Part shown: one piece after another, positions 48,965 through 63,450 of the stretch
Numbering within the stretch: position 1 is the first letter of the stretch
How the letters are laid out: each line of letters begins with the position of its first letter
Assembly (NCBI GenBank): GCA_964016885.1
Contig: OZ024744.1
Coordinates: forward strand, 95,914,001 to 95,978,000
DNA: 64,000 nucleotides
Reading direction: 5' to 3'
DNA from: Eledone cirrhosa
Taxonomy: Eukaryota
Program-made: the position numbers and the translations under genes
Notes under the pieces: generated by a model
Databases searched by the model: none
What the model was told of the DNA's origin: nothing
What the model saw: the letters and a program-made list of their open reading frames with translations, nothing else

Positions 48965-49117
48965 ATGAGCAAATAGGAGCCCCACGTGCTGGCTGACCCC
49001 ACAGCCTCGGCAGACAGAATAGAGAAGTCATTTCCCTGGAGAATGGTGAGGGTGAAGTGCTGGAAGAGCCATTCCAGCTTGTGAGGCTCACACCTGCGGG
49101 TAGCCAACGCCATGCCG
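48965..49117 (-). pseudogene. C-terminal relic of a CRE-clade (restriction-like endonuclease) non-LTR retrotransposon
   Basis: LATRRCEPHKLEWLFQHFTLTILQGNDFSILSA resembles the CRE end motif G.P.E..(F/W)LFQRLS.A.QRGNA.SIL. Confidence 0.5.
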
Positions 49118-49899
49118 GTGGTGGTGGTGGTGGTGGTGGTGGTGGTGGTGGTAAGTAAGGAGGTGGTCGGCTTTTCATTCTATCTTTCCATTTATTTAGG
49201 ACTTCATTGTCTAACATATCCTTCCTGTTTTAAGATAATTGGGTGTGATTTGCGGGAGTTTAGCAACCATTTCTAGAAAATTAAACGACCATGTAGAGTA
49301 GGTGGTGGTGGTGGTCTCAAACTGAAGGACTCAAAAGAGCCATTATATCCTGGAGGAGAGGTACAGAAGGACATAACTGAGATGACATGAGGAGGAGGGT
49401 GGGCATGATTTCCACCAGCTATAATCCTAATCTGTAATACAGCTGATAGACTGCTATTGATTTTTTTCCATCAAAATAAATACACCTAATAGTAGGATAT
49501 GTGAATTAGTACTAAATCTAGGGGGACAAATTTTCTGTTTCAAAATTTTCTCAATTAATCAAGATCCCAGACCTCATTTGCTTACCGAATGGGGGTGGAG
49601 CTTGTCAAATCAGACTGAGGAAACATTGTTTCTATTTGTCTTTCAATTGCTAATACTATCTACTGGTCACAATTCCTGTCAGAAAGAACAACATGAAATA
49701 AAGGGTCTTGCTCAAGGTCTGTTCTGGGAATCAAACTTGCAAACTCACGATTGTGAATTCAATTTTTTAACCACTAAGCCATGTGCCTTTGATGATAGGT
49801 CATCTGAATCAGGGCTGACCTGGGGTTAAATAACAACTATTATTGGATGGATATGTTAGGTGAATGGATGATTTATGCTGGGTGTGTAAGTTGGGTGAT

Positions 49900-50830
49900 G
49901 AATCTTGAGTAATGACCAAAAGAATATGATCGCGAATGCAGAAGCCAAAATGGGGTTCCTCTGAAGAGTCTTTGGAGTAACATTACTCGATAAAGTGCGT
50001 AGCTTGGAGATTAGAGAGTCACTCCAAGCAGAGCTGCTACTTCTCCGAATTGAAAGATCTCAGCTCCGATACTATGGACATGTGGTTAGAATGTCTCAGG
50101 AAAGAATCACTGGAGTCACTCCAGGTAGAACCACTACTTCTTCAAATTGAGAGATCACAGCTCCGATACTATGGACATGTGGTTAGAATGTCTCAGGAAA
50201 GAATCACTGGAGTCACTCCAGGTAGAACCACTACTTCTTCAAATTGAGAGATCACAGCTCCGATACTATGGACATGTGGTTAGAATGTCTCAGGAAAGAA
50301 TCACTGGAGTCACTCCAGGTAGAACCACTACTTCTTCAAATTGAGAGATCACAGCTCCGATACTATGGACATGTGGTTAGAATGTCTCAGGAAAGAATCA
50401 CTGGAGTCACTCCAGGTAGAACCACTACTTCTTCAAATTGAGAGATCACAGCTCCGATACTATGGACATGTGGTTAGAATGTCTCAGGAAAGAATTGCTG
50501 GACAGATGTGCAGCTCAGAGATCAGAGAGTCACTCCAGGTAGAGCCGCTACTTCTCCGAATTGAGAGATCACAGCCCTGATACTAAGGGCATGTGGTTAG
50601 AATGTCTCATGAAAGAATTACTGGACAGATTTTATAGGCAAAACCAACTAGTAGGAGACCCAGGGGTAGACCCCGAGATAGTTAGATGTCACCCATGAGC
50701 TTGGCTGATCTTGCTTGGGGATCCAGCTGAATCAGTTGGAGATGGTTGCTTCTGACAGGACATGCTGGAAAGAGTGTTAGAGGACTCTGCCCCCATGATT
50801 CTCTCAGGAATAAATGGGTGAAGAAGCAGA
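49900..50830 (+). mobile_element. Expander/Rex3-like RTE 3' part with an internal 97-bp tandem repeat (about 5 copies)
   Basis: ESLQVEPLLLQIERSQLRYYGHVVRMSQERI repeats with a 97-nt period. Confidence 0.9.
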
Positions 50831-52529
50831 AGGTCAGCCTATGAACTTTTCAACCTATGAACTTTTCAACCTATGAACTTTTCAGCCTAAGAAACTTATC
50901 AGCCGACCCACATATATCACTTATCTCAAAACCTTCCATCATGATTTTATCTAGGTATCTTTAAGCTATGTTCCAAACATCAGCTTAATAATGAGAAAGA
51001 AACCTATTTTATTAAAAGGGTTAAAAGGATTCTGGAAATAGCTCAATTTGTTCCAGGATCTTAACAACCCTCAATGAGCTAATGACAATGACTCAGTTTC
51101 AATGTATCCAGCTGGATAGGTTGGAGATGGTTGCTTCTGACATGTCCTTCTGGAGGGCATGCTTGAGGACTCTGCCTCAACGACCCTCTCAGGAATAAGT
51201 GGGCGAAGAAGAAGAAGAAGAAGGCAAAGAAGAAGAAGAAGAAGAAGGCAAAGAAGAAGAAGGCAAAGAAGAAGAAGGCAAAGAAGAAGAAGAAGAAGAA
51301 GAAGAAGAAGAAGAATTATTGTTTCTACATTTTGCACAAGGCCAGCAATTTGAAGGGGAGGGGAAAGTTGACTCAATTTTTACCCCTATGTCTCACTGGT
51401 ACTTTATTTTATCGATGCCGTTAGGATGAAAGGCAAAATTAACCTCATAAGAACAACATCCCACAATGTGATGCCAGGTTGCTCTCAATCACTACAAGTA
51501 ACATGTAACCCAATACAACCTGTCAGGTCAGTGGTGACTAAATCAGCAACCTCCCAAGTTTGTTTGGTAAGGAGGGTGATTTTGGGACACCCTGTGGAGA
51601 TGAAAAATAAAACCCATCATAGAACATAGAACAGAAGAACTCATGAGAGTCAATGGCCATCCAATACAGCCTGACAAAGCTCATTAGCTTTTGGTTGGCT
51701 GTATGTTTACAATACAACAACCTCTTGGTAGGCTTGGTTCCCAGAAAAATGCACCCACTATACTCTGTAAATGATTGTTGTTTAGAAGAGCTTTCAACTG
51801 CAGTGCTGGTGCCAGGAAAAATGTGCCCACTACATTCTGTGAAGTGATTGGTGATAGGATGGGCATCCAGTTGTAGAAACCATGTTAAAAAAGGATCAAG
51901 AGGAGTCTTCAGTTGTGTCAAGGGCATCGCAACTTCTTTAGTGTTGGTGATATGATGAATGCACCCAGTACACTCTGTAAAGTGGTTGGTGATAGGAAGA
52001 GCATCTAGCTATAGAAAACTTGACAAACAAGACCAGGAGGACTTTTTATTTGTGTTAAAGGTATGACAGACAACCTCCCTAATAGTAGTGGTGCCATGAT
52101 AAAATGCACCTGGTGCACTCTGTAGGGTATTGGAACTTATATGAAATGCAGCCCCCAGCTGACTTCAGAGGTCAATAGACCTGATTAAGTACTTACTTGC
52201 TTCGTGACAACCTGTATAACCCTTGCCAGCAGGGGAAAAACCCCAGACATTAAATGATGCCGCTGCTGCTGATGATGATTATGCTGTTGTTGTTGTTGTT
52301 GTTGTTGATACACAATAATTGTACTATCATAATGTTTAGGAAGGAAACCTTATTCTGATTTTCAAATTAGAGTATTCATATTGTCCTACATTGCAATATT
52401 GAGCTCTATTCAAATGAGTGTCTGTGTAATATTATTCATTCAAAACAGAGTTTGTAGTGTTTTCAAGCAGAAGAGCTCATTCAGCTAACCATTCTCCTAC
52501 TTTGCAACAATAACAATAACAACAACAGC

Positions 52530-52567
<38 letters not shown>

Positions 52568-52667
52568 GAGCAACAACAACAATAACAACAGCAACAACAA
52601 CATCCTCATCATCATCAACAACAACAATAATAAATCCTGTAATATTGAAAAGTATTGTTTTTACTAC

Positions 52668-54815
52668 ACCTACCTACCTACCTACCTACCTACCTACCTA
52701 CCTACCTACCTACCTACCTACCTACCTACCTACCTACCTTCCTACCTACCTACCTACGTACCTACCTACCTACATACCTACCTACCTACCTACCTACCTA
52801 CCTACCTACCTACCTACTTACATACCTACCTACCTACCTACCTACCTACCTACCTACCTACCTACCTACATAACATACCTACCTACCTACATACATACCT
52901 GCCTACCTACCTACCTACCTACCTACCTACCTACCTACCTACCTACCTACCTACCTACCTACCTACCTACATACCTACCTACCTACCTACCTACCTACCT
53001 ACCTACCTACCTACCTACATAACATACCTACCTACCTACATACATACCTGCCTACATACCTACCTACCTACCTACCTACCTACCTACCTACCTACCTACC
53101 TACCTACCTACCTACCTACCTACCTACCTACCTACCTAACATACCTACCTACCTACATACATACCTGCCTACCTACCTACCTACCTACCTACCTACCTAC
53201 CTACCTACATAACATACCTACCTACCTACATACATACCTGCCTACATACCTACCTACCTACCTACCTACCTACCTACCTACCTACCTACCTACCTACCTA
53301 CCTACCTACCTACCTACCTACCTAACATACCTACCTACCTACATACATACCTGCCTACCTACCTACCTACCTACCTACCTACCTACCTACCTACCTACCT
53401 ACCTACCTACCTACCTACCTACCTACCTACCTACCTACATACCTACCTACCTACCTACCTACCTACCTACCTACCTACCTACATAACATACCTACCTACC
53501 TACATACATACCTGCCTACATACCTACCTACCTACCTACCTACCTACCTACCTACCTACCTACCTACCTACCTACCTACCTACATACCTACCTACCTACC
53601 TACCTACCTACCTACATACCTACCTACCTACCTACCTACCTACCTACCTACCTACCTACCTACCTACCTACCTACCTACATACCTACCTACCTACCTACC
53701 TACCTACCTACCTACCTACCTACATAACATACCTACCTACCTACATACATACCTGCCTACATACCTACCTACCTACCTACCTACCTACCTACCTACCTAC
53801 CTACCTACCTACCTACCTACCTACCTACCTACCTACCTACATACCTACCTACCTACATACATACCTACCTACATACCTACCTACCTACCTACCTACCTAC
53901 CTACCTACCTACATACCTACCTACCTACCTACCTACCTACCTACCTACCTACCTACCTACCTACCTACATACCTACCTACCTACCTACCTACATACCTAC
54001 CTACCTACCTACCTACCTACCTACCTACCTACCTACCTACCTACCTACCTACATACCTACCTACCTACATACATACCTGCCTACATACCTACCTACCTAC
54101 CTACCTACCTACCTACCTACCTACCTACATAACATACCTACCTACCTACATACATACCTGCCTACATACCTACCTACCTACCTACCTACCTACCTACCTA
54201 CCTACCTACCTACCTACCTACCTACCTACCTACCTACATACCTACCTACCTACCTACCTACATACCTACCTACCTACCTACCTACCTACCTACCTACCTA
54301 CCTACCTACCTACCTACCTACATACCTACCTACCTACATACATACCTGCCTACATACCTACCTACCTACCTACCTACCTACCTACCTACCTACCTACCTA
54401 CCTACCTACCTACCTACCTACCTACATACCTACCTACCTACCTACCTACCTACCTACCTACCTACCTACCTACATAACATACCTACCTACCTACCTACAT
54501 ACCTACCTACCTACCTACCTACCTACCTACCTACCTACCTACCTACCTACATAACATACCTACCTACCTACCTACATACCTACCTACCTACCTACCTACC
54601 TACCTACCTACCTACCTACCTACATACATACCTGCCTACATACCTACCTACCTACCTACCTACCTACCTACCTACCTACCTACCTACCTACCTACCTACC
54701 TACCTACATACATACCTACCTACATACCTACCTACCTACCTACCTACCTACCTACCTACATACATACCTACCTACCTACATACATACCTGCCTACATACC
54801 TACCTACCTACCTAC
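52668..54815. repeat. (TACC)n tetranucleotide satellite of about 2.1 kb with recurring variant blocks
   Basis: Visible directly; the variants tacataacatacc and tacatacatacctgcc recur. Confidence 0.98.
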
Positions 54816-56401
54816 CACCCTCTTGTCTTCTTTTTCCACTTCCCACCTCTGCGCTTGCAAGCATTGATTTTTGCCGTCATTGATTATCACTACTATTCAT
54901 TCTTATTATTATTTCATAATTAGTCTAGCAACTACTGAGTTGGCAAGAGGAGAATGTTCACACAGTTGCTTTAATTGGTCTTTCCCTATCTATTTGGATT
55001 AGAAATTCATAACAACAAAACTATCTGTAAAGCAAAATCAATTTTATATAATTGTACTGTAAACTTCCTTTTCGGCTTTTATTTACCTTCTATTCTATGA
55101 CTTGACTCTCCAGTTATCTATTCATATGTTCATATGAGCTTACCTTCTACATAATATCTTTTATGTGTATGTACCTGTGTGTTCATCTACTCTTGTGTCC
55201 TACTTCTATACCTTCATACTGGACTGAATTGAATATAGATTTAGATGTTGAAAAATAAGCAAGTGATATGTTTGTATATGAATATTTTTTTTTTTTTTTT
55301 TTAAGCATACAGGTTTCCATCAGTATTGATACAAACATAATTAATGTCTAAAAATAGAACGATTGTTGTATTTATAAATATAGATATTTAGTAAAAAAAA
55401 ACCCCCCAAAATAGGAGAGAGAGCGAGAGAGCGATGTTGAGTATAAGGTGACTTTGTCTCTTGCTATGAATGAAAGTCAGATATTTGGAGATTTGAAAGG
55501 ATGTAATACGAATTAACAGTTACTAACCGGATGGTTCAAAGCATATTTGTACAAAACTATTTTCTGGTAGAGTTTCAGTAATGTTTTTTTAATCGAATTC
55601 CCTTAGAAGTTAACTTTGCCTTACATCTTTCCGGAGTCGATGAATTGTAGAACCTTCAAGTACTGGAAGGGCTCCAATTTGATCAACTAATTCTCTTCCC
55701 ATACCAATTCGTGGCTTTGTGTGCATATGTTAAAAATAAATTAATTCTTTCTAAAGTTTTCTTAGAGGCCCATATGGTTTATTCTTGTGATTTTAGTCTA
55801 ACTTCTTATTTCAACAGACATAGGTCATTCATAAACTCACATGGTATATCTAAATAAAGTCTAAAGTCTGTCTTGAGCCGGGAAGCTTACTAGGACAGTG
55901 TTTATCCTGGCTTCTTTAGTATTAGATGACTGAGAGTACAAGACTCCACCCATAGACATGAGGACAGTCCATTGCAGGATTAAATCCCCGAGCTATTGCT
56001 GGTACTCATCATCAGCTCATCAGCTGATTATACTGGAGCAACATTAAATGAAATGTTTTGCTCAAGAACACAACTCACAACGTGGTTAAGGAATTGAACC
56101 CAGGCCATTATGCTCGTAAGTCCAACACCCTAACCACTAGGCCTTCACCATCTATTTACCTGTAAAAAAAAAATAAAATCATTAACAGCACTGGACATAA
56201 CTTTAGTAAAAAAGATAAAAGAAGAGCAAGTAATTAAGTCATTATGCAATTGCAATGGCAGACATCCTGTATGTATATGGTAATTCTTTGGAAATGTAAC
56301 TATTTAGAATATATAAAATAAGGAGTAATTTGAAGCCCCTGTTGTTCTCATTTAATTTGTTTTTCTTTAAATTAGATTTAAAAAAAAATTCTTGGCATTT
56401 T

Positions 56402-56745
56402 ATCATCACCACCGCCGCCACCGCCACCACCACCACCACCACCACCACCACCACCGCCATCATCATCAACACGTCTGTTTTTCCATGGTTGCATGGTTTG
56501 GACAGGTCCTTTTCACCACAACATCTCTCCACTCACTCCGATCCTTCGTCATCTCCTCTGTGAATCTCAACAATTTGGGTTCAGCTCTCACGACCTCTGC
56601 CCAAGTCTTTCTTGGCCCCTCTCTCTCTCTACTGTGGCTTCCTTCTTCTGGGATTTCTTGGCATTTCTTCACCCAGCAACTACTATCCATGTGCATCACA
56701 TGTCCGTTCCAATACAGTCTTCTCTCCTGCACACCGCCGCCTCAA
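56402..56745 (-). mobile_element. RTE 3' fragment
   Basis: QERRLYWNGHVMHM..WVKKC..PRKTWAEVVR. Confidence 0.85.
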
Positions 56746-56849
56746 ATTCCTCTTCAACCCAGTTGATTAATGGTATAAAATAAATTAAATAATTGGAAAT
56801 CCGCAGAAAAAGCATTACAATATTTTTGGAAATTAGGAGAAAGCTTTGT

Positions 56850-56883
<34 letters not shown>

Positions 56884-57029
56884 CCACCACCACCAGCACC
56901 ACCAGCACCACCACCAGCACCAGCACCACCAGCACCACCACCACCAGCACCACCAGCACCACCACTTCCCCTTTTACAAAGTGTAACGGGTGAGTTTTGT
57001 TGTGGAACTAACTCTAACACCTGGCAGGA

Positions 57030-58605
57030 TGTATTGGGTGCTTTTTATTGTGGCACCAGCACTACCACTTTACAGAGTGTACTGGGTGCAGTTTATCATG
57101 GCACCAACACTATCACTTTACATAGTACTGGGTATATTTTATTGAGGCATCAGCACTATGCACTACCATATAAGAGGCTATACTAGGTGTATTTTATCGT
57201 GACGCTAGCACTACCACGTGACAGTATACTAGGTGTATTTTATCATGGCACCAGCACTGCCACTTTACAGAGTGTACTGGGTGTATTTTATCATGACACC
57301 AGCACTACCACTTTACACAGTGTACTATGTGTATTTTATCATGGCAACACCACTACCACTTTACAGAGTGTACTGGGTGTATTTTATCATGGCACCATCA
57401 CTACAATTTGATAGAATGTTTCGGGTATATTTTATCATGACACCAACACTACCACTTTACAGAATGTTTTGAGTGCATTTTATCATGTCATCAGCACTAC
57501 AACTTCACAGTGTATTGGGTGTAGTTTATCATGACACCAGCACTATCACTTTACGGAGTGTACTGGGTGCATGTTATCATGACACCAACACTACCACTTT
57601 ACAGAATGTTTCGGGTGTGTTTTATCATGACACAACACTACCACTTTACAGTGTCCTAGGTGTATTTCATTGTACCACCAGCACTACCACTTGACAGGGT
57701 GTATTTTATCATGGCATCAACACTACCACTTAACAGTGTGTACTGGGTGCATTTTATTGTTGCACCAGTACTACCACTTGACAGAATGTTTCGGGTGAAT
57801 TTTATCATGGTAACAGCACTACCTTTTGACAATATACTGGGTGTATTTTACCATGTCACCAACACTACCACTTTACAGAGTGTACTGGGTGTATTTTATC
57901 ATGGTAATAGCACTACCTTTTGACAATATACTGGGTGTATTTTACCATGTCACCAACACTACCACTTTACAGAGTGTACTGGGTGTATTTTATCATGGTA
58001 ACAGCACTACCTTTTGACAATATACTGGGTGTATTTTACCATGTCACCAAAACTACCACTTTACAGAGTGTACTGGGTGTATTTTATCATGCCGACAACA
58101 CTACCACTTGACAGCCTACTGGGTGTATTTTATCATGGCATCAACACTAACACTTGACAGTCTACTGGGTGTATTTTATCATGACACCATCGCTACCACT
58201 TTACAGTATTACCATGTCACCAGCACTACCACTTTACAGAATGTTTGGGGTGCATTTTACCATGACACCAACACTACTACTTTACAGTGTACTGGGTGTC
58301 TTTTATTGTAGCACCAGCACTACCACTTTACAGAGTGTACTCGGTGTATTTTATCATGGCACCAGCACTACCACTTTACAGAGTGTACTAGGTACATTTT
58401 ATCATGGCACCAGCACTACCACTTTACAGAGTGTACTAGGTACATTTTATCATGGCACCAGTACTACCACTTTACAGAGTGTACTAGGTGCAGTATATCA
58501 TGGCACCAGCACTACCACTTTACAGAGTGTACTAGGTGTAGTTTATCATGGCACCAGCACTACCACTTTACAGTGTCCTGGGTGTCTTTTATCGGAGCAC
58601 CAGCA
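57030..58605. repeat. Diverged ~47-48-bp minisatellite
   Basis: ggcaccagcactaccactttacagagtgtactgggtgtattttatcat (starts at 58358 and 58406). Confidence 0.92.
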
Positions 58606-59196
58606 TTAGAGAGTTTGTCATATGCACCATATCTGCATTTTGAAAAAAAGAACAAAACAAACTGACATTATCTTTAGTTGTCACAGACTATTAACTATTC
58701 CCTCTATTATTGTTAAAACCTTGTCTCATGTCAACCATAACCAAATCAATATATACACCTTGGGAACCGTCTTCCATTTTAGATGTAAACAGTCTCATGT
58801 TTATTTCCTGAAACTGCACAAATCAAATGTGTGCTCTCTTTTACACTGTATTCTAGCTATTTTCAGTAACACTACAATACTACATCTTTGACAAGTAGGA
58901 AAAGAGCAAATCTAAATTCATTCCATCAGTGGTTTCTTTCACCTATAAAAAAACACTTAAATTTATATATTGGAAACACTTAACTCTTTAGCATTCATAT
59001 TACTCTATATATATATTTACTATTATATTTTCATGGTAAAGGCTTTACCTCACATAATTATCTCACATAATATCGAATCTATGAGATTTTGAAAGTATTT
59101 ATTTTGAGAACAATACCTTAACATCAATATGAGTGGCCAGTTAGAGCCAATTTGAACAGAAAGAGGTCTGTATAGTGATACAGCTGGTACCTCGTC

Positions 59197-62100
59197 AACA
59201 ACAACAACAAATGTACCCAGTCTACCCTGTTAAGTGTTAGTACTGATGCCACAACAACAAATGTACCCAGTCTACCCTGTTAAGTGTTAGTACTGGTGCC
59301 ACAACAACAAATGTACCCAACGTACCCTGTAAGGTGGTTGTACTGGTGCCACAACAACAAATGTACCCAATGTATCCTGTAAGGTGGTTGTACTGGTGCC
59401 ACAACAACAAATGTACCCAATCTACCCTGTTAAGTGTTAGTACTGATGCCACAACAACAAATGTACCCAATCTACCCTGTTAAGTGTTAATACTGATGCC
59501 ACAACAACAAATGTACCCAATCTACCCTGTTAAGTGTTAGTACTGGTGCCACAACAACAAATGTACCCAATGTATCCTGTAAGGTGGTTGTACTGGTGCC
59601 ACAACAACAAATGTACCCAATCTACCCTGTTAAGTGTTAGTACTGGTGCCACAACAACAAATGTACCCAGTCTACCCTGTAAGGCGGTTGTACTGGTGCC
59701 ACAACAACAAATGTACCCAATCTACCCTGTTAAGTGTTAGTACTGGTGCCACAACAACAAATGTACCCAGTCTACCCTGTAAGGGGGTTGTACTGGTGCC
59801 ACAACAACAAATGTACCCAGTCTACCCTGTAAGGTGGTTGTACTGGTGCCACAACAACAAATGTACCCAGTCTACCCTGTAAGGTGGTTGTACTGGTGCC
59901 ACAACAACAAATGTACCCAGTCTACCCTGTAAGGGCGTTGTACTGGTGCAACAACAACAAATGTACCCAGTCTACCCTGTAAGGTGGTTGTACTGGTGCC
60001 ACAACAACAAATGTACCCAATCTACCCTGTAAGGTGGTTGTACTGGTGCCACAACAACAAATGTACCCAATATACACTGTAAGGTGGTTGTACTGGTGCC
60101 ACAACCACAAATGTACCCAGTCTACCCTGTAAGGTGGTTGTACTGGTGCCACAACAACAAATGTACCCAATCTACCCTGTTAAGTGTTAGTACTGGTGCC
60201 ACAACAACAAATGTACCCAGTCTACCCTGTAAGGTGGTTGTACTGGTGCCACAACAACAAATGTACCCAATCTACCCTGTTAAGTGTTAGTACTGGTGCC
60301 ACAACAACAAATGTACCCAATGTATCCTGTAAGGTGGTTGTACTGGTGCCACAACAACAAATGTACCCAGTCTACCCTGTAAGGTGGTTGTACTGGTCCC
60401 ACAACAACAAATGTACCCAATCTACCCTGTAAGGTGGTTGTACTGCTGCCACAACAACAAATGTACCCAATCTACCCTGTTAAGGTGGTTGTATTGGTGC
60501 CACAACAACAAATGTACCCAGTCTACCCTGTAAGGTGGTTGTACTGGTGCCACAACAACAAATGTACCCAGTCTACCCTGTAAGGTGGTTGTACTGGTGC
60601 CACAACAACAAATGTACCCAATCTACCCTGTAAGGTGGTTGTACTGGTGCCACAACAACAAATGTACCCAATCTACCCTGTAAGGTCGTTGTACTGGTGC
60701 CACAACAACAAATGTACCCTGTCTATCCTGTAAGGTGGTTGTACTGGTGCCACAACAACAAATGTACCCAGTCTACACTATAAGGTCGTTGTACTGGTGC
60801 CACAACAACAAATGTACCCAGTCTATCCTGTAAGGTGGTTGTACTGGTGCCGCAACAACAAATGTACCCAGTCTACCCTGTAAGGTCGTTGTACTGGTGC
60901 CACAACAACAAATGTATCCAGTCTATCTTGTAAGGTGGTTGTACTGGTGCCACAACAACAAATGTACCCAGTCTATCCTGTAAGGTGATTGTACTGGTGC
61001 CACAACAACAAATGTACCCAATCTACCCTGTAAGGTGGTTGTACTGGTGCCACAACAACAAATGTACCCAGTCTACCCTGTAAGGTGGCTGTACTGGTGC
61101 CACAACAACAAATATACCCAGTCTACCCTGTAAGGTGGTTGTACTGGTGCCACAACCACAAATGTACCCAATCTACCCTGTAAGGTGGTTGTACTGGTGC
61201 CACAACAACAAATGTACCCAGTCTACCCTGTAAGGTGGTTGTACTGGTGCCACAACAACAAATGTACCCAGTCTACCCTGTAAGGTGGTTGTACTGGTGC
61301 CACAACAACAAATGTACCCAATCTACCCTGTAAGGTGGTTGTACTGGTGCCACAACAACAAATGTACCCAGTCTACCCTGTAAGGTGGTTGTACTGGTGC
61401 CACAACAACAAATGTACCCAATCTACCCTGTAACGTGGTTGTACTGGTGCCACAACAACAAATGTACCCAGTCTACCCTGTAATGTGGTTGTACTGGTTC
61501 CACAACAACAAATGTACCCAGTCTACCCTGTAAGGTGGTTGTACTGGTGCCACAACAACAAATGTACCCAGTCTACCCTGTAAGGTGGTTGTACTGGTGC
61601 CACAACAACAAATGTACCCAATCTACCCTGTAAGGTGGTTGTACTGGTGCCACAACAACAAATGTACCCAATCTACCCTGTAAGGTCGTTGTACTGGTGC
61701 CACAACAACAAATGTACCCAGTCTATCCTGTAAGGTGGTTGTACTGGTGCCACAACAACAAATGTACCCAGTCTACCCTGTAAGGTCGTTGTACTGGTGC
61801 CACAACAACAAATGTACCCAGTCTATCCTGTAAGGTGGTTGTAGTGGCGCCACAACAACAAATGTACCCAGTCTACCCTGTAAGGTGGTTGTACTGGTGT
61901 CACAACAAATGTACCCAGTCTATCCTGTAAGGTGGTTGTACTGGTGCCACAACAACAAATGTACCCAGTCTACCCTGTAAGGTCGTTGTACTGGTGCCAC
62001 AACAACAAATGTACCCAGTCTATCTTGTAAGATGGTTGTACTGGTGCCACAACCACAAATGTACCCAATCTACCCTGTAAGGTGGTTGTACTGGTGCCAC

Positions 62101-63330
62101 AACAACAAATGTACCCAGTCTACCCTGTAAGGTGGTTGTACTGGTGCCACAACAACAAATGTACCCAGTCTATCCTGTAAGGTGATTGTACTGGTGCCAC
62201 AACAACAAATGTACACAATCTACCCTGTAAGGTCGTTGTACTGGTGCCACAACAACAAATGTACCCAGTCTACCCTGTAAGGTGGTTGTACTGGTGCCAC
62301 AACAACAAATATACCCAGTCTACCCTGTAAGGTGGTTGTACTGGTGCCACAACCACAAATGTACCCAATCTACCCTGTAAGGTGGTTGTACTGGTGCCAC
62401 AACAACAAATGTACCCAGTCTACCCTGTAAGGTGGTTGTACTGGTGCCACAACAACAAATGTACCCAGTCTACCCTGTAAGGTGGTTGTACTGGTGCCAC
62501 AACAACAAATGTACCCAATCTACCCTGTAAGGTGGTTGTACTGGTGCCACAACAACAAATGTACCCAATCTACCCTGTAAGGTGATTGTACTGGTGCCAC
62601 AACAACAAATGTACCCAATCTACCCTGTAAGGTCGTTGTACTGGTGCCACAACAACAAATGTACCCAATCTACCCTGTAAGGTGGTTGTACTGGTGCCAC
62701 AACAACAAATGTACCCAGTCTACCCTGTAAGGTGGTTATACTGGTGCCACAACAACAAATGTACCCAATCTACCCTGTAAGGTGGTTGTACTGGTGCCAC
62801 AACAACAAATGTACCCAGTCTACCCTGTAAGGTGGTTGTACTGGTGCCACAACAACAAATGTACCCAATGTATCCTGTAAGGTGGTTGTACTGGTCCCAC
62901 AACAAGAAATGTACCCAATCTACCCTGTAAGGTGGTTGTACTGGTGCCACAACAACAAATGTACCCAATCTACCCTGTTAAGGTGGTTTTACTGGTGCCA
63001 CAACAACAAATGTACCCAGTCTACCCTGTAAGGTGGTTGTACTGGTGCCACAACAACAAATGTACCCAGTCTACCCTGTAAGGTGGTTGTCCTGGTGCCA
63101 CAACAACAAATGTACCCAATCTACCCTGTAAGGTGATTGTACTGGTGCCACAACAACAAATGTACCCAATCTACCCTGTAAGGTCGTTGTACTGGTGCCA
63201 CAACAACAAATGTACCCAATCTACCCTGTAAGGTGGTTGTACTGGTGCCACAACAACAAATGAACCCAGTCTACCCTGTAAGGTGGTTGTACTGGTGCCA
63301 CAACCACAAATGTACCCAATATATCCTGTT
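59197..63330. repeat. Homogeneous 50-bp minisatellite, about 82 copies
   Basis: tactggtgccacaacaacaaatgtacccagtctaccctgtaaggtggttg (starts at 59291, 59341 and 59391). Confidence 0.98.
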
Positions 63331-63450
63331 TTTTATAGCGCCAGGCAGTCCGAATTGGGGTGCGTATGCCGATATTACTGTCACAGTTGTTCTATTTAGA
63401 ACAAGTCTTATTTTAATTATTCTGCCATTCACTCTATTTACGTCTATTAT

